Shown here piece after piece: positions 19,605-29,541 of a stretch of 64,000 nucleotides of DNA; the stretch's first letter is position 1; each line of letters begins with the position of its first letter. The stretch comes from Giardia intestinalis (Eukaryota): assembly GCA_000002435.2 (NCBI GenBank), contig CM018789.1. One strand, written 5' to 3'. The notes under the pieces are model-generated. The model was not told the DNA's origin. It saw nothing but the letters and a program-made list of their open reading frames with translations, and did not search any database. The position numbers were made by a program, and so were the translations under genes.

Positions 19605-22310
19605 TCACCACCCTATCCATCGTTCCGTAGGCTCTCCTGCCTCTACCAGGGCGGATTGCAGCCGGCTTGATCCTTGGTTGCTTTGCACCATCGAGTGCTG
19701 AGCGGAGAGGGGTGTGCGCGCAGGGAATCGCTTTATATACTCCGCAGCCGAGCGAGCACATGACGGGGTGTACGAGCCATCTTGTTGAGGGCCTCCGATC
19801 TGTCGAGTAAGGTTAAGCCTGCTAGCCTGCTTTAAGTGAAGCTCGCTGGTCGCAGTCTTACTTAGACGTCCGCTACGTATTGATGACACCGTACCTATGC
19901 CTCCGCCTTTTGAATGAACAGCCTCCAGGAATTCTCGCGAACGAGGTGTCTTTTGTTCCTTTAGGGCTATCTGGAGAATTTCCCGGACCAAGCCTTCGTC
20001 AACCCCTTTCCTATTGCGAATAACGGCGCTTCCGACAATCTCGACACCATCACTGGATGCCTTCTCTAGCCCAGGGTAGAGGAGAGGGATACGCTTAGGA
20101 ACAGGTAAGTTCATTTCCTTTATGCTGATTGCAGCCCTCTTGATAGATTCAAACTTAAAGAAGAAGCGGAAAAGGGCATTGACACGAACAAAGCTAAATA
20201 GAAATCGATAAACAGGGAACATAAGGACGGCTACTAATCTAGACTCTTTTCTCACCTGTAGGTCCGGTCGTTCCTTAAACTTTATGTACTCTAGTGACGC
20301 TGCTATTATCCACTGTGCGACAAACACAAGTATGTACATCAGAAATACCACTACGTTAAATTGCCTAATAACAATGGATAGAACAATGTGATAGACTAAA
20401 AGAGGATAGCGGAAGTAGTCTTGGAGTACCGTCCAGACATCTTCAAGTGTAACTATTCGGAGATACAAGTTGTCCACAGTGCATGGAAGACAGCAGAGCA
20501 CTTGCCCATAAAACCCGCTTTTGGGACTGGCGCAGAAGCCTCCCCAAAGAAATTGCTGTGCTGCAAGATCCCACGATGTAAAGCGCTGATAATACAGATC
20601 CTTCCATGTGGTTGGAGCAACCGTGGCCACTATACAACTTGAAATAAATCCGCAGCGTTTGGTACTAAATAGCTTGCGCATGGCCAATCCCATTTGATAG
20701 TCCTCGCCATGAAAGATTCCATTGTGCTCTGCCATAATATGGTGCAATAGGGATGCTTTCCAGAGGTTAATTGCCCCATGTGGAGAAAGGACCGACGATG
20801 AGTGGGTGAAGTTGTATTGCGTAAGCTTCGACAGATCTGACAACTTGTACTCGATATCTTGAAGGCCAACTATCATTTTGCTTGTTTTGCTTAAGTTGGT
20901 TGGCTGTCCCCCTGGCCCCGTTTCATTGTAAGTTGCTGCGATTGCAATAGCGTATGCATCACATGTTAGTTCTCCGGAAAGCACGGGAGCCAATTCTCTG
21001 GGCAAGACGGTGTCGTCGTCCATAACAATGCAATACTCAAATCCAAGCCAGGAGCTAAGGATAGAGCCATAATATGCAGAGCAAGATTTGCTCCCGATGG
21101 CTAGGGGCACGTAGACTGCGCGTCCTTCGCAGCACTCCATCACAACACTATCTGGAAGTTCCTGGTCTGATGAGTTATGGATTACAAAGACATCCGTTGG
21201 GTGGAAAACATTCAAGGCGCCCTGAAGCGTATTGGTGAGAACTTCCAGTTTTCCAGCCCTTTTCCTTACCTTTTGTTCCTGTGTTAGTCCCTTGATACCC
21301 CAGCCAAGCGGAATGATCAATGCTATCTTTCCAGGAGTTATCTGATCGCTTGCATTATCCTCTTCGTTAAGCTTTGGCAGAGGCGCATATTGACCTAGTT
21401 TCATAGCAACGAACATCAGAATATATTCTAAGGAAATGAATATGTAAAATAGGACAGTCATCACTTGAAACGCTATCTTCATTCCACCTAAGACAATCAG
21501 TAAGGTTATTGCGGTTCCTATAAGAATGCCCCAAAGTGCAATCCACAAGTAGTGAGGCCACGAAGATATTAAATCCGGCCCAAACGCCGCCTTATGGTAG
21601 TCATTCACCTGAGAATTGACGCTATTGATAAAGACAGTTGCTTGGACCTTCCTTACGTCCAGGTCCACAAAGTGGTTCTTGATTTTCTTCAGTACTGTGT
21701 GAATCATATCATCTTTTATATCTAATATCTGCTTGTAGTTGCTTGCAATGGAGAGGTTTATGTCATAGCCATACGGCGTTCCTATTGATGCCTTGTAAGG
21801 TGTTGGCGCGATGCCGTCGGTTGCCAAGGGGAGTGCAGTGGGCTCTAGTGTTAAACCTGTTGTGGGTATACCAGTTGACGTTGCACCTTCAGCTAGCTTA
21901 GCTCGCTGTACACCTCCTGAAGCTATTCCAGGAGTTTGCGAATTGTTCTTGCGATACACCACCGAGTGTGTTGAGGGACTAGCGATACTATTGGTGAGCG
22001 ACGGTAGGCTATCACATTCCCCCGCCTCCTGGGCCATGGTGACTGGTACCCTGGATGGTTCTAGTGCCAACTCATTAGAGGGTTGATGAAATCCAACCTT
22101 TCCTCGTTTCCCTTTTTTCTCTTTGGGCTTCTCTAATGAGAGTGTGGGCACCGGTGGCTCAACAGCTGTTGATCCTTGTGCAGTACCAAAGTCATTTGGG
22201 AGGATCTCGTGCCTCTGGTTCACAATGTAAACCGAGCCCTTTTCCATGCGGCTCATTTCGCCCTCAAATGCATGACCTTGTAGGGCTTTGAGCTTCGACA
22301 GTGCATCCAT
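19605..22310 (-). CDS. Multi-pass membrane glycosyltransferase family 2-like protein, 901 aa. It resembles chitin synthase and ceramide glucosyltransferase
   Basis: Central region has a DxD-like IVMDDDTVLP, then GEDYQMGL, then about 40 aa later YQRFTSW, resembling the D,D,D,Q(R/Q)xRW processive GT2 signature. Several hydrophobic helices flank the domain. N-terminal about 200 aa is low complexity. Confidence 0.45.
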   Translation of the reverse strand: MDALSKLKALQGHAFEGEMSRMEKGSVYIVNQRHEILPNDFGTAQGSTAVEPPVPTLSLEKPKEKKGKRGKVGFHQPSNELALEPSRVPVTMAQEAGECDSLPSLTNSIASPSTHSVVYRKNNSQTPGIASGGVQRAKLAEGATSTGIPTTGLTLEPTALPLATDGIAPTPYKASIGTPYGYDINLSIASNYKQILDIKDDMIHTVLKKIKNHFVDLDVRKVQATVFINSVNSQVNDYHKAAFGPDLISSWPHYLWIALWGILIGTAITLLIVLGGMKIAFQVMTVLFYIFISLEYILMFVAMKLGQYAPLPKLNEEDNASDQITPGKIALIIPLGWGIKGLTQEQKVRKRAGKLEVLTNTLQGALNVFHPTDVFVIHNSSDQELPDSVVMECCEGRAVYVPLAIGSKSCSAYYGSILSSWLGFEYCIVMDDDTVLPRELAPVLSGELTCDAYAIAIAATYNETGPGGQPTNLSKTSKMIVGLQDIEYKLSDLSKLTQYNFTHSSSVLSPHGAINLWKASLLHHIMAEHNGIFHGEDYQMGLAMRKLFSTKRCGFISSCIVATVAPTTWKDLYYQRFTSWDLAAQQFLWGGFCASPKSGFYGQVLCCLPCTVDNLYLRIVTLEDVWTVLQDYFRYPLLVYHIVLSIVIRQFNVVVFLMYILVFVAQWIIAASLEYIKFKERPDLQVRKESRLVAVLMFPVYRFLFSFVRVNALFRFFFKFESIKRAAISIKEMNLPVPKRIPLLYPGLEKASSDGVEIVGSAVIRNRKGVDEGLVREILQIALKEQKTPRSREFLEAVHSKGGGIGTVSSIRSGRLSKTATSELHLKQASRLNLTRQIGGPQQDGSYTPSCARSAAEYIKRFPARTPLSAQHSMVQSNQGSSRLQSALVEAGEPTERWIGW

Positions 22311-22506
22311 GGAATTCTTAGAGAAGTTCCTGTAGCAACCACCGTAGAATCAACTGTGAACACATAAACAGCAGCACATCACATGTAGTGTATCAATTTA
22401 CTTAGCGCTAAAACGGGTATATCATGCAGGATATAAGTCCCATGATATACTGTTCATTAGGCTGCAGTAACCGAGGAGTAAAGAGTTCCATTCATAACAA
22501 AAAGCC

Positions 22507-23361
22507 TTAGTCGTCGCGGGAGTGTTTGATGCGCACACGAGGTGTGTCACTGTCCTCACTTCCCTCAACATCGGCGTGTCGACCGCCTGCAACATGCATA
22601 GGGCACATTGCCTGCGGAGCAGCAGCTTGCATGTTCGACGGCATAGTACTTTGCCTACTCTTAAGGGTCAGTGACCCCGAGACAAAGCCTTCGGTTACAG
22701 GAGAAGTCATGCTAGAGTTGGACGTTGGGACCATTGACCCAAAGGCTGGTCTGCTAGTAAGAGAACCTGGTGGCGCAAACGGATTCTGCTGTACTGCATT
22801 GGATTGTGGCATGGGGATGCCACCACTGAAGCTCGATCGACCCGATAAAGAGCCTACTAAAGAGCCCATCTTAGTAAGGCTGCCAATGATGGCAGAAGCC
22901 GGAGCTCCAGCATTAGCCGTATCAGGCATGGGCATAGGAGGCCTGCTGAATGCAGAATTGTCACTCAGTGATCCAAACGCTGCCGCAGAGAGTCCAACAG
23001 CCGGCCCATGGCTATTTGGAGTAGAAGTAGGCGAAGAAACCATCACACCCATCGGGACTCCTTGCTCCAACATGAACTTAGTCGCGTTCATCTCAGACTC
23101 CTCTATAGCCTCTTGGGCCATGCTCATCTTTGCAATTTCGTCTCGCATGCTCTTGATCTCTGTTTCAGCCTTCTGGAGGGATCGATTGCTGGTGTCAAGC
23201 ATCGATGTCATCTCCCTTTGCTTCGTTTCGCAGCAGGAATGTTCTGTATAAAGTCTTCGGAGCGCATCCTGGAAAGACTTCAGTAGTTTCTTCAACTCCG
23301 GGATATTGTCTGGAGCGGTTGCGAGGTCCATCGTCAACAGCGGTCTAAGAGTCGAAGACAT
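22507..23361 (-). CDS. Hypothetical protein, 284 aa: N-terminal coiled coil followed by S/P/G/M-rich low-complexity tail
   Basis: ORF with verified ATG; no recognisable domain. Confidence 0.5.
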   Translation of the reverse strand: MSSTLRPLLTMDLATAPDNIPELKKLLKSFQDALRRLYTEHSCCETKQREMTSMLDTSNRSLQKAETEIKSMRDEIAKMSMAQEAIEESEMNATKFMLEQGVPMGVMVSSPTSTPNSHGPAVGLSAAAFGSLSDNSAFSRPPMPMPDTANAGAPASAIIGSLTKMGSLVGSLSGRSSFSGGIPMPQSNAVQQNPFAPPGSLTSRPAFGSMVPTSNSSMTSPVTEGFVSGSLTLKSRQSTMPSNMQAAAPQAMCPMHVAGGRHADVEGSEDSDTPRVRIKHSRDD

Positions 23362-23417
23362 GAGAATTTGATCAATTTTTGACCTGAAATTATACGAATT
23401 GAAAATGAAAGAGAGGG

Positions 23418-24707
23418 ATGCCCCATGAAACCTCTAGACATTCGCACAGCAAAGGTCACGACGAATCTACTAAAGAGCGCCGCCACCGGCACCGGCATCG
23501 AAGCAGTTCTGAAGCCGCTTCAGAAAAACAGCAGTCTGACAATGCCTCAGGGACGCTGGTCCACCAAGCGGCTACCGATTCTAAAAGCGAATCTGGTCCT
23601 GCATGTGAAAACTGCTCACTGAGCGCATCACCATCAGGAATGTATTGTTTAGCATGTGACCTTCTCTTGTGCCAAACATGCGATCGTATGGTGCACGCAC
23701 CCTTAGCACTATCCAAGCATGATAGGCGTTCCTTCGAAGAGGCTGCTCTCCGTCGGAAGGCCTGCAGGTTCCACGCAGACCAACAGATTTCCCATTTTTG
23801 TCTACACTGTAACACATTTCTCTGCAAAGTTTGTCTAGATGAAGGATTGCACCAAATATCTCCTCATTTTGTTGATACGTTAGATGACGCTATTCAGAAA
23901 ACGACTAGGGGACTTCTGAGTCTTGTTAACGGTCCCCTTAGGCAGCGCTATGAAACTCTACAGCATGAAGTTGTACGCATAGAAGGACTCATGCACAAAG
24001 TCCGCACTGCTGCTGGGGAGATAGAAGCCCAGGTCCGTGAGCATTACGAGGGTGTGCTAGCTAGACTTGCTCGTTCAGAGAAGGAAAAGTTAGCCCTCTG
24101 TCAGAGTGATTTAACGACCGTCAAAAGTATGATGAAGCAGATAGATGACGTCGAGCACTATGTCGCAGTCGACCATCATAGAAAAAACCCTATAGTCCTT
24201 CTTTCCCAAGCAGGAACGATCAGTGAGAGTGTCCGATCTATACTTGCACGCAAATTATGTGATGCAATCTCTGTTACTGAGGAGAGCATTAGGCCTACCG
24301 ACCTTCCTCGCGAGTCTACTGTAGGTATCTCTAGAGAGATCCGAGAAGCCAGTGGAGATCCGTGTATATCCAAATTGAATATCCCAGATGGGATTACATC
24401 GAAGTGCACCGCGTGTCAGAACAATCTAAGTACACTGTTATCAGAAGCAGAGCAAGAAATCCATCACTGGAAAGCTCTCGTGGAACAATATGCCTTCGAA
24501 TTGGCCGCGTGGGACATGACCTGCTCTCGTTGCGGTCAGCATTGCCTTCCAGAGACAATTAACTCTCCTTGCACACTTCCTAATAAGCCTCCACGTAGGG
24601 AAGACAGAGGATTAGGAGAGGAGCTTTGTAGTAACGGGTCTCTGTTCCAAGAGGATTCAGATAGCCATTCGCGTAGACACTTCTTTGTCCGCTCAGAGGA
24701 TCATTAA
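23418..24707 (+). CDS. B-box-type zinc finger plus coiled-coil protein (TRIM-like without RING), 429 aa
   Basis: H/R-rich N-terminus, then two Cys/His clusters (CENCSLSASPSGMYCLACDLLLCQTCDRMVH and CRFHADQQISHFCLHCNTFLCKVCLDEGLH) with B-box spacing. A predicted coiled coil follows. Confidence 0.5.
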   Translation: MPHETSRHSHSKGHDESTKERRHRHRHRSSSEAASEKQQSDNASGTLVHQAATDSKSESGPACENCSLSASPSGMYCLACDLLLCQTCDRMVHAPLALSKHDRRSFEEAALRRKACRFHADQQISHFCLHCNTFLCKVCLDEGLHQISPHFVDTLDDAIQKTTRGLLSLVNGPLRQRYETLQHEVVRIEGLMHKVRTAAGEIEAQVREHYEGVLARLARSEKEKLALCQSDLTTVKSMMKQIDDVEHYVAVDHHRKNPIVLLSQAGTISESVRSILARKLCDAISVTEESIRPTDLPRESTVGISREIREASGDPCISKLNIPDGITSKCTACQNNLSTLLSEAEQEIHHWKALVEQYAFELAAWDMTCSRCGQHCLPETINSPCTLPNKPPRREDRGLGEELCSNGSLFQEDSDSHSRRHFFVRSEDH

Positions 24708-24727
24708 CTTCTTGCAAAGATAGTATC

Positions 24728-24734
24728 AGTAAAT
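24728..24734 (+). terminator. Polyadenylation signal AGTAAAT about 20 nt after the B-box gene stop
   Basis: AGTRAAY match downstream of TAA at 24705-24707. Confidence 0.45.
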
Positions 24735-24788
24735 TATTTCGTGGTAACCATTTCCCTGAGCCGGGTGCAGGAAAAATTCAAAAATAAA

Positions 24789-27700
24789 ATGAGTCTTACC
24801 GAGCAGCTTCTTGTTACATTACTGGAACAGACTCTGTCGAATAGCCAAGAGATGGTTTCCAGTGCAACAGAGCAAATTCTCTTACATAGACGTAATAACG
24901 ATTTTCTCGGCATCTCGTTTCTTGTTTCGGCTAATCCCCAGGTTTCCTCCAAAATTCGGTCTGCTGCAGCCATTCAGTTTTCTAATGATATCGCTACGAA
25001 GGTACAGAAGCTGGATGGCCAGATGTTAGTCAACATCTCTCTTAAAATAGTGCAGACTGTAGTTGAGGCGGCTGACTCCGGAGCCCTGATTGTTGTACGT
25101 CAGATGCTCGAATCTCTCAAGACAATCTTAGAGTTTTTTTACATGTCTTTTAATCTGCATCCCACGATCAATCCTGCAGTTTTCGCAGGGGATCTGTATC
25201 AATTGATTTTTAGCCTTATCGATAACTCGTCTGTTAGCAAAACGGATGTCTGTATCCAGATGGTAACCATTTTGTTAACCTGTATGTCCTCAGAGAGCTT
25301 AAAGGACATATATTTGAAGATTTCTGTTGACTTCTTTGATCGCTGTCTCAACCAGCTGCTTCAGTACCTTTGCAGTATTGAGGGGGAAATCACTAACTAC
25401 GTTACTCCTCCATTTATAGAGCATGTCTTTGCATGCTTGAACTCATTTTTAACATACAGCACAGTGCAATCTCTGACCTCCTTAAAGTCTTTTTCATCAA
25501 TGATTGGCACAGTTTGTCAGCTCCTAGAAAAAATAGGGATCGGTATTGCAGGCCCGGAAGTTCGTAATGCAAAGGATTATGCATTGCAAATACTTATACA
25601 ATTGTCCATCACGGCCAGATTGGTTGGACGATGTATTTCACCAGAAACAGAGCAGAGCTACTTGCTCGTTTGGAATGAGAACGAGGAGCGTATCGGGAAG
25701 TTATTGTTAGGTCAGTTTTGTCTTTGCCCCGACTATGATCTTTGGGAAGACCACTCTTCATTAGATAGTCTTTTCCGCTTGTCCTGTAGATTAATTGAGA
25801 CCAATCGAGGAGTCCCATATAATCCGAAAGCATACAATCTTCTCGTAAGCAATGGGAAAGATATTATTCAGGCAATTATAGCCATGCTCTATAACGCGGG
25901 TGACTTGCGTCTAGGACAGTTTGAGGAAAATGACCTTTTAGTAATTGACTGCTTAAAGCCGTGTCTAGATTTTCTTTCCAGTCTAACAGCAACTTCCAGA
26001 GAGCTCTTGGAACTCGTAAATGCAGACATGCATATGCGGCTAAATTCAATAATTAATAATGATACTGCTTTCTTGGATACGCCCGAGGGCCAAGTTAACT
26101 TCTTCGTTGGGATCATCCTTCTCCGTAGGGGGCTTTCTGACGACGACACCAACTACAAGGGAATGGTCATATTTGCTTCTCTTATTAATTACACCAAGCT
26201 TAACCCTATTGTGTTTGAAGAGCTCTCCAAGCTTATAATTAGTATTACTACCGAGGAGAATAGTTACATATCGGATTTTAACGAGATTGATACGGAATAT
26301 ACAGGTGATATAGAAGCTCTTTTGCAAAAAACAGTTGCGCAAGGGATCGATGCTATCAAGGCAGGACTCGACTTCAAGGCTCAGCTAGTTTATATTCTTG
26401 GCTGTTTGTATTTACTTCCTACTACATCATTCTTCCAGTGCCGTATGCTAAGTGGTATAATGGCGCGCTGCGTAAGGCACGACTTGATCAACAGAGTCAA
26501 TCAACGGCACCTACTTCTACGATCATTGGAGTTAATTGCTACCTCTCAGGAAAACAGTGCAGCTGGCGGCATGGTCACCTTCTGTCGGGTCGCGTTTCCC
26601 GGACTGGGACCTGATGTTGGGGCCGAAGTTCTCTCTATGTTCCTAAGATTGCCTGTAATCCAGAATGTCTTCTCCAATTACAATAGGATGGATCCAAAGC
26701 TACGAAAAACTGCCGAAATGATTTGCGAAACAGTCAATTTGGTTGTTACCAACGTGGACACTGTCTCGATAAGCCTTGAAGAATGTGTCTGCTCTTTTGT
26801 AGTTGGGTTTTTACAGAAAGATATTAGGGCGTCTCAAGGATGCTTCCAGCTTCTCAACTGTCTTTTACGAAAATCGTCTTCTCTTAGTTCTTCGTCCCAG
26901 AATGCTTATGATTATTCTTATGGCCCTTGGCGGACAGACCTTATCGAACTACTAATCCACTACCTGGACAGCTTTTATCAAACACCAGGGGATTTTATTT
27001 TTAGTAATGCAAGTCATGTGGAGGATATGCTTGCAGAGGCACTTCCATACTTAATCATTCAAACCCAGCGTTTCCATATGGCTTACAAGAATAGTGTTAC
27101 TCAGGGCACGCCAGAGCAGCAAATTGAGAAATTGAATGAGATATATACGCCATTCTTTACGCTTATCAACAAACTGTTGTCTCCTATGAACAGTGCAATA
27201 TTACTTAGTGTAGGTTGTTTTATCCTGACTCGCGTTATGAGTCTGGTGGCCTTGGAATCGAACAATGTTTGTCTAACCGTATTGCAGCATAGCACACAAA
27301 AATTAATTGAGCTTGTTTCTAACCTTCCTACTGTGTGTCAAGGGCTCATGACACACAACCTGACACCTGATCTTAAGCGTTGTATGCTCGTGTCCATCTC
27401 TATGGCCTTCTTCACCCTTTTGCAAATTACTGACATTCACGGTATGGCGGAGAATCTCCTCAGCACTATCGCACCTCACAACTTGAAAATAATGATCTTC
27501 ATTTCGGCGTGGTCTATAGCAGATAATGAGGGCAATCCATTTATTCCCTTACGTGCATGGATGGCCCACTTAGTTTGCTGTCTTAGTAAGATCTTTGTCA
27601 CATTGACGCAAAAGGATCCCACATTCCTATCTGTAGTTGTTCCAAACTTTGCCTGGGCGTATTCCTTATGCAAGATGTCACATTCCCCCGTTGTTACGGC

Positions 27701-28073
27701 ACCGCAATTGGACTTTTCCAGTATTTGCAATAGCGGCATCGAAATAGACATTCTTCAGCCTATATTCTCAGGTCTCAATTCCCAATTTACACGATTTAGT
27801 AATATAGCAGGTAATAATAAGCTTCCTTTGTATGAAGGATTTCTCACTACCCATTTTGAAAACTTCTTTAATTTCCTACCTCGGCAAATTTTTGGAGAAG
27901 TTCCTACTTTCCAGCATTCTTCGTCATCGTTTAAATTTACAGCTCTTCAAGCTTCTATTAGGATGCTTAATTTACAATATGGCGATGAATTTTCCCAGTT
28001 TCTGATAAAAGAGATAAATGATACGTCTGGTAGTTCCTTATTGCATACCACGCTCTCTGGTTACTCTATATAG
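24789..28073 (+). CDS. Karyopherin/importin-beta family protein (exportin-like), about 1094 aa. Start moved from the track's GTG at 24741 to the ATG at 24789
   Basis: N-terminus MSLTEQLLVTLLEQTLSNSQEMVSSATEQILLHRRNNDFLGISFLVSANPQVSSKIRSAAAIQFSND fits the importin-beta N-terminal domain pattern. The rest is a long helical-repeat-like protein. A-rich initiator aaaaataaaATG. Confidence 0.5.
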   Translation: MSLTEQLLVTLLEQTLSNSQEMVSSATEQILLHRRNNDFLGISFLVSANPQVSSKIRSAAAIQFSNDIATKVQKLDGQMLVNISLKIVQTVVEAADSGALIVVRQMLESLKTILEFFYMSFNLHPTINPAVFAGDLYQLIFSLIDNSSVSKTDVCIQMVTILLTCMSSESLKDIYLKISVDFFDRCLNQLLQYLCSIEGEITNYVTPPFIEHVFACLNSFLTYSTVQSLTSLKSFSSMIGTVCQLLEKIGIGIAGPEVRNAKDYALQILIQLSITARLVGRCISPETEQSYLLVWNENEERIGKLLLGQFCLCPDYDLWEDHSSLDSLFRLSCRLIETNRGVPYNPKAYNLLVSNGKDIIQAIIAMLYNAGDLRLGQFEENDLLVIDCLKPCLDFLSSLTATSRELLELVNADMHMRLNSIINNDTAFLDTPEGQVNFFVGIILLRRGLSDDDTNYKGMVIFASLINYTKLNPIVFEELSKLIISITTEENSYISDFNEIDTEYTGDIEALLQKTVAQGIDAIKAGLDFKAQLVYILGCLYLLPTTSFFQCRMLSGIMARCVRHDLINRVNQRHLLLRSLELIATSQENSAAGGMVTFCRVAFPGLGPDVGAEVLSMFLRLPVIQNVFSNYNRMDPKLRKTAEMICETVNLVVTNVDTVSISLEECVCSFVVGFLQKDIRASQGCFQLLNCLLRKSSSLSSSSQNAYDYSYGPWRTDLIELLIHYLDSFYQTPGDFIFSNASHVEDMLAEALPYLIIQTQRFHMAYKNSVTQGTPEQQIEKLNEIYTPFFTLINKLLSPMNSAILLSVGCFILTRVMSLVALESNNVCLTVLQHSTQKLIELVSNLPTVCQGLMTHNLTPDLKRCMLVSISMAFFTLLQITDIHGMAENLLSTIAPHNLKIMIFISAWSIADNEGNPFIPLRAWMAHLVCCLSKIFVTLTQKDPTFLSVVVPNFAWAYSLCKMSHSPVVTAPQLDFSSICNSGIEIDILQPIFSGLNSQFTRFSNIAGNNKLPLYEGFLTTHFENFFNFLPRQIFGEVPTFQHSSSSFKFTALQASIRMLNLQYGDEFSQFLIKEINDTSGSSLLHTTLSGYSI

Positions 28074-28489
28074 CGTTTATGTTAAGATATTTCCCGTCTG
28101 AGATTAGCGTATGGACAGATCGACTGATTAGTTAATGCAAAAGATCCATTTTACCCATCGATTGCTTTTGATAATCTAGATTACTTGGTCCTCACCCATA
28201 GGTCTGGCCACAGTCAGCGAGTAAACCTGCTTTTCTGGGTCTGTGTGCCGGGCGTGTGCATCTCTTTTGTTATCTTTGCCTGTCTTGCTTCCTCTCGCCC
28301 GGTTACAGCAAGGCATCCAACAGCTGTGCAGCTAGCCCATTGTTTGCTGAGTGTTGCAGATCTCATGAAGAGACGTGTTCTATAGATGCAGACTAAGAGT
28401 ATTCTTCAAAAGTAGTCGTCACGGAAAATAAAACTGATGACGACTGTCGATTGCAGATTTTACCCCCTTATTCCAACAATAGCAGAGAA

Positions 28490-29520
28490 CATCCTTGGTG
28501 TGCTGCGCCGCTGCGCCTGCCTAGATGCGGCCCGGAGAGCTCCCAGACAAGCCGCGCTCCTTTGGCCGTGCCCGGAGACGAGTGCTGGCCGCGGACGGCG
28601 CAGCAAGGGGATCCCCGCTATCGGCACACGAGGAGCCCGGCGCCTTCCTCGGTCGCTCCGTGGGTGTGTGCGTCCAGGGCCCTGGCCTTCTCGCGGACTC
28701 TCTGGTCTACCCGTGGCGCCTCTCCTTGGTCTTCCTTCGTGGTGGGTGAAGCTCGGGTCGCCGTCTTTTTGGATGCTTCCGTCTGTCAGGGGCTGCCATC
28801 GGGCTCTCCGCTGGCCGCTCCTCGGTGTCCGGTCAGCTGTGGCCCGGGCCGCGCTCCCACAGTCGCGGTCACCTGGGTCCCGTAGCGGGCCGGCTGGTTG
28901 GTGAGGCAGGGGTATGGGGCGGTGAGGGCTGGAGGAGCTCCTGGTGGAGACCGGGGGGCGGTGTCTGTATGTGCCCCTAAGCTTCCAGTGAGCTACTTCG
29001 GTGGTGGATGAGGTGATCGCAGTTGTGGCGGCCGGGCTCTGGTCGGGGGCTGTGTCTGCTCTCCAGCCCGCGCTGCACGAGACACAGGCCCAGGCACCGA
29101 TGACCGCACCGGGCTCCTGGTCGTCCCTCTGCAGGAGTAGAGGGGAGCCCCTGCCTGCTGTCACAACCACCCGCCCTCAGAGGGCCAGGATTGGGCGGGC
29201 TATCCGTGCGGCCTCTAAGTGCACAGCAGGCGGCCCAGCTCTGGTGCACCGCACAGGAGAGGATCTAGTGGCGGCTAACGATAGCGCAAGAACCCTAGCC
29301 CGGCCGCCCGCTTCCTGTCGAGGACACCGGGCGGAGAAGGCTGGGGCAGAGGGCGGCGGTCGCGCCACTCTCAGACGGCACGGGCCTCTTGGATCCGGGC
29401 AGCCGCGAGCTCGAGAACCAGTTGGCAAACACGGCACCCAGACGGCCGGCTGCTCCCCTGGCGCATACTACAGGGCAGAGCTGCGACGAGGCCTCGGAGG
29501 GCGGATGGATATTAGCCGAC
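28490..29520. other. About 1.0-1.1 kb extremely GC-rich island with no credible ORF, lying 3' of the VSP gene
   Basis: Composition is visibly shifted (one 60-nt line counted 43/60 G+C). Stop-poor frames on both strands give only R/P/G/A low-complexity translations, e.g. 28460-29170(-). No conserved rRNA, tRNA or protein motifs recognised. Confidence 0.5.
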
Positions 29521-29522
29521 AC

Positions 29523-29537
29523 ATTTACTACCTAAGT
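29523..29537 (-). terminator. VSP-specific extended polyadenylation signal ACTTAGGTAGTAAAT, 4 nt after the VSP stop
   Basis: Reverse complement of atttactacctaagt equals ACTYAGRTAGTRAAY, the conserved 3' element reported for Giardia vsp genes. It follows ...CRGKA-TAG-ATGT. Confidence 0.8.
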
Positions 29538-29541
29538 ACAT

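Noticed and set aside
28490-29520. Possibility that the GC island is a fragment of the GC-rich Giardia rRNA genes
   Set aside because: I found no universally conserved rRNA motifs on either strand: no 530-loop GTGCCAGCAGCCGCGGTAA, no sarcin-ricin AGTACGAGAGGA, no SSU 3' end. It is left as an open finding rather than called rRNA.
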